NCBI GenBank assembly: GCA_902795625.1
Contig: CADBLW010000028.1
Coordinates: forward strand, 1 to 27,262
Length of the DNA stretch: 27,262 nt
Origin: an uncultured Lachnospiraceae bacterium
Lineage (GTDB): Bacteria > Bacillota > Clostridia > Lachnospirales > Lachnospiraceae
Reading direction: 5' to 3'
Every line of letters starts with the position of its first letter. Position 1 is the first letter of the stretch. Under the pieces are notes generated by a model that did no database searches, was not told where the DNA came from, and saw only the letters and a list, made by a program, of their open reading frames with translations. A program made the position numbers and the translations under genes. Below are positions 26,083 to 27,262 of this stretch, one piece after another.

Positions 26083-26802
26083 GTGGATCGACGTTTGGAA
26101 TGGTGGGATGGTGTCAAGCAGGGAATACCGATTGCATGCGGTTATTTCTTCGTTTCGTTTACATTCGGGATCCTCGGTGCGTCTCTCGGGTTCCGCTGGT
26201 GGGAGACGGTGCTGATCTCGATGACGAACCTCACGAGCGCGGGGCAGGTCGCAGGTGTGCGCACCATCGCCGCGGGCGGTTCGATCGCGGAGCTCGCGCT
26301 TTCCCAGCTTGTGATCAACCTGCGGTATTCCCTGATGGGGATATCGCTCTCGCAAAATACGGACGATGATTTTACGGGCGCGAAACGAGCCGTGCTCGGC
26401 TTCGGCATCACCGATGAAATCTACGCGGTGGCCGTGAACCGGCCGAAACCGGTGTCGACCCGGTTCTTTCTCGGGCTGATGACGCTTCCGTACTTCGGAT
26501 GGTCCCTCGGGACCCTTGCCGGAGCGCTGTTCGGAGGTGTGCTGCCGACGTCGGTGACGGAGGTCATGACGCTGGCGATCTACGGCATGTTCATCGCCAT
26601 CGTGCTGCCGAAGGCCAAGGCAGAGACAGGTGTGCTGGTTGTGGCGGGACTTGCGTCCGCCGTCAGCTGCGCGCTGTATTTTGCGCCGGTGTTTTCCCGC
26701 ATTCCGGTCGGATTTGCCATCATCATATGCGCTGTTTTGGCGGCTGTCGCCGGGGCTGTGCTGTTCCCGGTGCCGGAGATCGGAGGTGGCGGCGATGCAT
26801 AA
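26083..26802 (+). CDS. azlC: AzlC-family branched-chain amino acid exporter, large subunit
   Basis: GIPIACGYFFVSFTFG, TSAGQVAG, INLRYSLM, FGITDEIYA and W..GT..G motifs; multiple hydrophobic segments. Confidence 0.93.
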   Translation: MDRRLEWWDGVKQGIPIACGYFFVSFTFGILGASLGFRWWETVLISMTNLTSAGQVAGVRTIAAGGSIAELALSQLVINLRYSLMGISLSQNTDDDFTGAKRAVLGFGITDEIYAVAVNRPKPVSTRFFLGLMTLPYFGWSLGTLAGALFGGVLPTSVTEVMTLAIYGMFIAIVLPKAKAETGVLVVAGLASAVSCALYFAPVFSRIPVGFAIIICAVLAAVAGAVLFPVPEIGGGGDA

Positions 26803-27106
26803 CTTTTTCGTGTACGCCGTCGTGATGATGGCGGTCGCATATATCGTGCGCGCCGTGCCGTTCACGGCATTCCGCCGCAAGGTGAAGAGCCGCTTCGTGC
26901 GGTCGTTCCTCTACTATGTGCCCTACGCCGTGCTGACGGCGATGACGGTACCCGCCGCGTGGTTCGCAACCTCGTCCATCGCGGTATGCTCCTGCGGCTT
27001 GTGTGTCGCGGCATTTCTGGCGTACCGCGGATGCGGGCTTGTGACCGTGTCGCTGGGCGCCTGCGGTGGAGCATTTGCCATGTTATTCCTGAGTTCACTT
27101 ATTTAA
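26795..27106 (+). CDS. azlD: AzlD-family small membrane subunit
   Basis: ATG at 26795 overlaps the azlC end, with GGAGG upstream; AYIVRAVPF...FLYYVPYAVLTAMTVP motif; 103 aa, hydrophobic. Confidence 0.9.
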   Translation: MHNFFVYAVVMMAVAYIVRAVPFTAFRRKVKSRFVRSFLYYVPYAVLTAMTVPAAWFATSSIAVCSCGLCVAAFLAYRGCGLVTVSLGACGGAFAMLFLSSLI

Positions 27107-27163
27107 GTTCACCGGTTCAAGGTTACTGATTTAAGTCCACTCATTTAAATCCACTCAATTAAG
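27094..27163 (+). repeat. Five degenerate 14-bp tandem units between azlD and the lipoprotein gene
   Basis: TTCACTTATTTAAG / TTCACCGGTTCAAG / GTTACTGATTTAAG / TCCACTCATTTAAA / TCCACTCAATTAAG, exactly 14 bp apart. Confidence 0.85.
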
Positions 27164-27177
27164 GAGGATACTATTCC

Positions 27178-27262
27178 ATGAACAGATCATTACGCAATCG
27201 TATCTGCATGCTTCTTGCGCTGGCGCTTCTCGCGTTCGCGCTGACGGCGTGCGGAAAGAACA
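27178..27262 (+). CDS. Lipoprotein, N-terminal fragment cut by the window edge
   Basis: AAGGAGG SD at 27161-27167; MNRSLRNRICMLLALALLAFALTACGKN has a basic n-region, hydrophobic h-region and lipobox LTAC. Confidence 0.85.
   Translation, partial: MNRSLRNRICMLLALALLAFALTACGKN

Overview
A 27.3 kb chromosomal window from a GC-rich Clostridia-type Firmicute (roughly 60% GC by eye). The gene order is Lachnospiraceae-like, but the taxon is an inference. All 25 genes I can support lie on the + strand; the long minus-strand ORFs are shadows of GC-rich third codon positions. Order: AraC regulator, Sir2 deacylase, ftsH, two tandem membrane-anchored lamin-tail/FN3-like/CotH-kinase paralogs, uvrC, hprK, ROK glucokinase, murB, whiA, a His15-less HPr/Crh, a SCIFF ranthipeptide precursor (missed by the ORF track) and its radical SAM/SPASM maturase, a PLP amino-acid decarboxylase, a CE2-like SGNH esterase, deoC, deoD, trpS, a membrane HD-GYP protein, DUF1846, asnA, azlC, azlD and the start of a lipoprotein. 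I found no rRNA, tRNA, CRISPR array, transposase or integrase. The strongest candidate for an uncharacterised system is the CotH-kinase pair between ftsH and uvrC, which is bracketed by a family of short TAACC..GGAG repeats. Secondary signals are the unusual SCIFF neighbourhood, repeat arrays at gene ends that run into ribosome-binding sites, recurrent acidic or Ala-rich insertions in housekeeping proteins, and a trpS promoter with a palindrome over its -35 and no room for a T-box. No database search or alignment program was run; all similarity statements come from reading motifs by eye.
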